From NCBI GenBank assembly GCA_043228905.1, contig JBHGNT010000478.1, positions 1-23,461 of the forward strand: a stretch of 23,461 bases of DNA, in the 5' to 3' direction. The number at the start of each line of letters is the position of its first letter. Positions within the stretch are counted from its first letter, which is position 1. Origin of the DNA: Azolla caroliniana. Taxonomy: Eukaryota > Plantae > Polypodiophyta. The notes beneath the pieces were generated by a model. The model was given only the letters and a program-made list of their open reading frames with translations, was not told where the DNA came from and searched no databases. The position numbers and the translations under genes are program-made. Below, piece after piece: positions 20,519-23,461 of this stretch.

Positions 20519-23440
20519 CTATCCACCCTTTAAAACGACGAGTGTCATGAGTCGTTTTGGATTGAGGACCCGGTTTATCTTGATATTGATGATGGAAGTC
20601 TTCAAGAAGAGCACGAGCATTGGTCACATTCTCTATTGGTTCCCAAGTACCATTAATCCGTTCTAAAAGACTTGAGATAAGGGGAAGTGCATACCAATTC
20701 CTCGTGGTGACCTTATTCAAGCCACAGTATTCTACGACAAAACGAAGCGATCCATCCTTTTTCTTGACGAAGAAAATGGGTGTGCCGGCTGGAGATTTCG
20801 AATGTCGAATGAAACCATTTGCCAAATTCTCCTCTATATAGGATCGAAGGACTTCTAGCCTAGTTGGTGACAAATTGTAGATCGGTCCCCATGGTGGCTC
20901 TTTTCCCGGTTGTAAATCGATGAAGCAATCATACGGTTGATGGTGAGGAAGCGTATTGGCTTGTACTTTATCGAACACATCGGCATAATGACGATACTTC
21001 TCTGGAAGTTGAACGGTGGACTCCTCTTTAGTGGTGTTGGAGGGTTTTATTGATACTGCGAAGAGAAACATTTCTTCCTTGCATCCTTCCTCACGCAACT
21101 GATGTAGCGAAATGGTTGCAATCTTATGAGTAGATCCTCGGGTTTGTCGATACCAGATTTCTCTTGTTCTCCAATCTATGTCTGGGTTATGTAATTCGAA
21201 CCATGGTAATCCCCAAAAAATGGGATTGTTATGGGATACTAATTATATTAAAGGATACTACACACGCTAAATTATCTTGGACAATATTAACAAGCTCTAA
21301 CTCTTCTATGATATTTCCGGAAGCAATAGGACGACCATCAATGACTACTACAACAACTGGACACGGGAGTTTTCTTAGGGATATCTGATGAGTTTGGGCA
21401 AAATTTCTATCCATGAAGTAAGAATTAGCTCCGGAATCTAGGAGTGCTGAGACATGTACTAGAGAGGTACTTTTAGTACTAATTATTACTTGGGCTAAGA
21501 ACACATTGCTAACTTTGCTTAGAGGGAATGGAACCACTAATGGGCTGCACAGATCTAGGGTTGTCCAACCAAACGACTCCTATTTTGGCTGGACTTAGTC
21601 GTTTAACTCTTCTTCTAACTGACTAAGGACATCAAATTTGTTCGATAGATTTGGGCTATTAGTACTATTAGGACTATAAGATATTCCTACTGAAATAGAC
21701 TCAGGTTTAGTACAATTAGAACTAACAACTATTTGGTTTACTTGTCTTCTTGGCCTATGGGAAGAATTCACTACAATATGCCCTGGTCCATCACAATAAA
21801 GACATAGTCGATTTGCTCGGCGTCGCTGCTTTTCTTCTTCTGGTAATGGTCCGCGACGACGTGTAGTGTCAATTTCCATCAGAGTTGGAGTATTCACTAG
21901 AGACACATTATATGACTCCCTTGAAAAAGGTTTTGCTACCACTGAGGTGTAGGTGGGCTCTAATCTTGCCCTTGGAATCTGGAACTAACGTTCGGAACGT
22001 CGTTCGAAAAGACGGTTGTCGCATCTCACCGCGTGACTGATTGCTTCTGTCAATGACTTTGGTTCTTCGGGGAAGGTCAAGAGTAAATCCTTGACATCGT
22101 TACGTAGACCATAACGAAATTGCTCCATTAGTGCTTGGTCATCCAGGGGATATCGGAGGCGAGTAGACAGAAATTTGTAGTGTATGCAGAGGTTGGATGA
22201 TCACCTTGATGTAATCATCAGATTTCGTTGATTGCTTTCCTTATGCTATCAGTATCTCCAAAACAGGCTTTAAACTCACTTAAAAACTCTTCAAATTTGT
22301 TTAGTAAAGGAGATTCATTTTCTAACAATGGAGCGAACCATGCCAAAGTTGAGCCACTTAACGACGTGCCTACTAAACCCACGCGTGATGCATCAGTGGG
22401 ATATCGGGAAGGATGCATTTGAATGACTAATCGTACCTGATTAAGGAATCCTCTAAACTGCGATCACATTCCATCGAATTTCATGGGAAGGCCGATCTTG
22501 GGTTCTTTATGAATCCCTTGCATACTGGGTCCTTGTTGTTGCATCACTACTATGGTTGCTTCGAGCTATTGCACGCGTAACGCTAGTTCCCCATGTTGTT
22601 GTTGCGTCTGCTGCTTCTCTAAGGAGATTTGTTGAAACTCCCCCAATAGTCGTTGATTTTCTTGTTCCAATGCGAGAAACTTCGAAAAAACGGATCAAGA
22701 TATTCTTGAGCGCTGTCGTAGTGTATTCCACACACTACGTGAAAACCATAAAATAATATATCCAATTTTAGATACATATAAATAAATACATAATATATCA
22801 AAACATTTATCACGTGCATAGGGCAAAATTCAAACCTTGCACCTCCACATAGATAAACCCCAACTTTACCATTGTAATAACTTATCTTTAGTGTTATACA
22901 TATAGATTTAATACGTATAAGACCTTTATTTACACATACCTTTATTAAAAGGTAAAAATCATATATTCTTTAGGGTGTGAATATTTTATTTACACGTGAC
23001 ATTAAAAGTGACTCATGCACATCTAGCGTGCATGAGCCCTATACTTAGGAAATGACAAAGCATCACATGCACATTTAGTGTGCATGGACACTTTTGGTAA
23101 AGAAGAAGAAGCATGAAGCCATGCTTAGCCTCTTCCATCTTTATATAAGGAGGAGAGAAATATGTATAAGGTTGTTGATTAATATACAAGGATTGATCAA
23201 TCTAATATATTCGTGGGATTCACGAATTTTGCCATCTAAATTACTCTTGTAATCTAAATATTGTTTTAAATACACTAAACTTGTGGGATTCACGAGATTG
23301 CTATCTTACTTCTCTTTCCACTATTCATAACTAGCCTTAAGTTGTATTCCTCTTCCTCCTAGTCAAAAACCTCGGCGGTTCCCACCCAACTCACGCAACG
23401 ATCCGGAGCCGAAGGGCACGACGGCGCTAACAGTGGCCAT
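20511..23440 (-). pseudogene. Chromovirus-type Ty3/Gypsy gag-pol, decayed and internally deleted
   Basis: Gag from ATG 23440 (MATVSAQEYLDP once the solo LTR is removed), EPKIGLP.KFDG, RYPTDASRVGLVG, degenerate zinc knuckle CLYCDGPGH, protease ALLDSGA, RT start GFIRHSKSPAGTPIFFVKKKDGSLRF, then chromodomain end TWEPIENV..LLEDFH. Confidence 0.9.
22714..23423 (+). mobile_element. Solo LTR (710 bp) inserted in codons 5-6 of Gypsy gag
   Basis: TGTCGT...ACGACG termini (last base mutated) with 4-bp TSD GCGC (22710-22713, 23424-23427). Shares GCGGTTCCCACCC.ACTCACGCAACGATC and other blocks with 7792-8519. TATATAAGG at ~23142. Confidence 0.85.
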
Positions 23441-23461
23441 AGTATGAGAGAAAAGAGGAAT

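Overview
This is AT-rich eukaryotic DNA with GT-AG introns, most likely from a bryophyte such as a moss (host is an inference). It consists almost entirely of nested transposable elements and has no recognisable host gene. The main discovery is a family of large terminal-inverted-repeat (TIR) DNA transposons. Each carries two divergently transcribed genes: a DDD transposase with Sola1-like motifs, and an intron-containing gene fusing a ParB-like domain to a bacterial-type beta-class amino (N6A/N4C) DNA methyltransferase. Two diverged members are nested. An older, decayed outer element (~2767-18831) is split by a younger inner element (~5667-15409) in the opposite orientation. The first intron of the inner MTase gene holds six 25-bp palindromes at an exact 51-bp period. 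The composite sits in the 3' UTR of a Copia element, whose RT is interrupted by an internally deleted chromovirus-type Gypsy element. Two related solo LTRs, a hAT MITE and a ~200-bp repeat complete the window. All calls were made by eye; family names need HMM or database confirmation.
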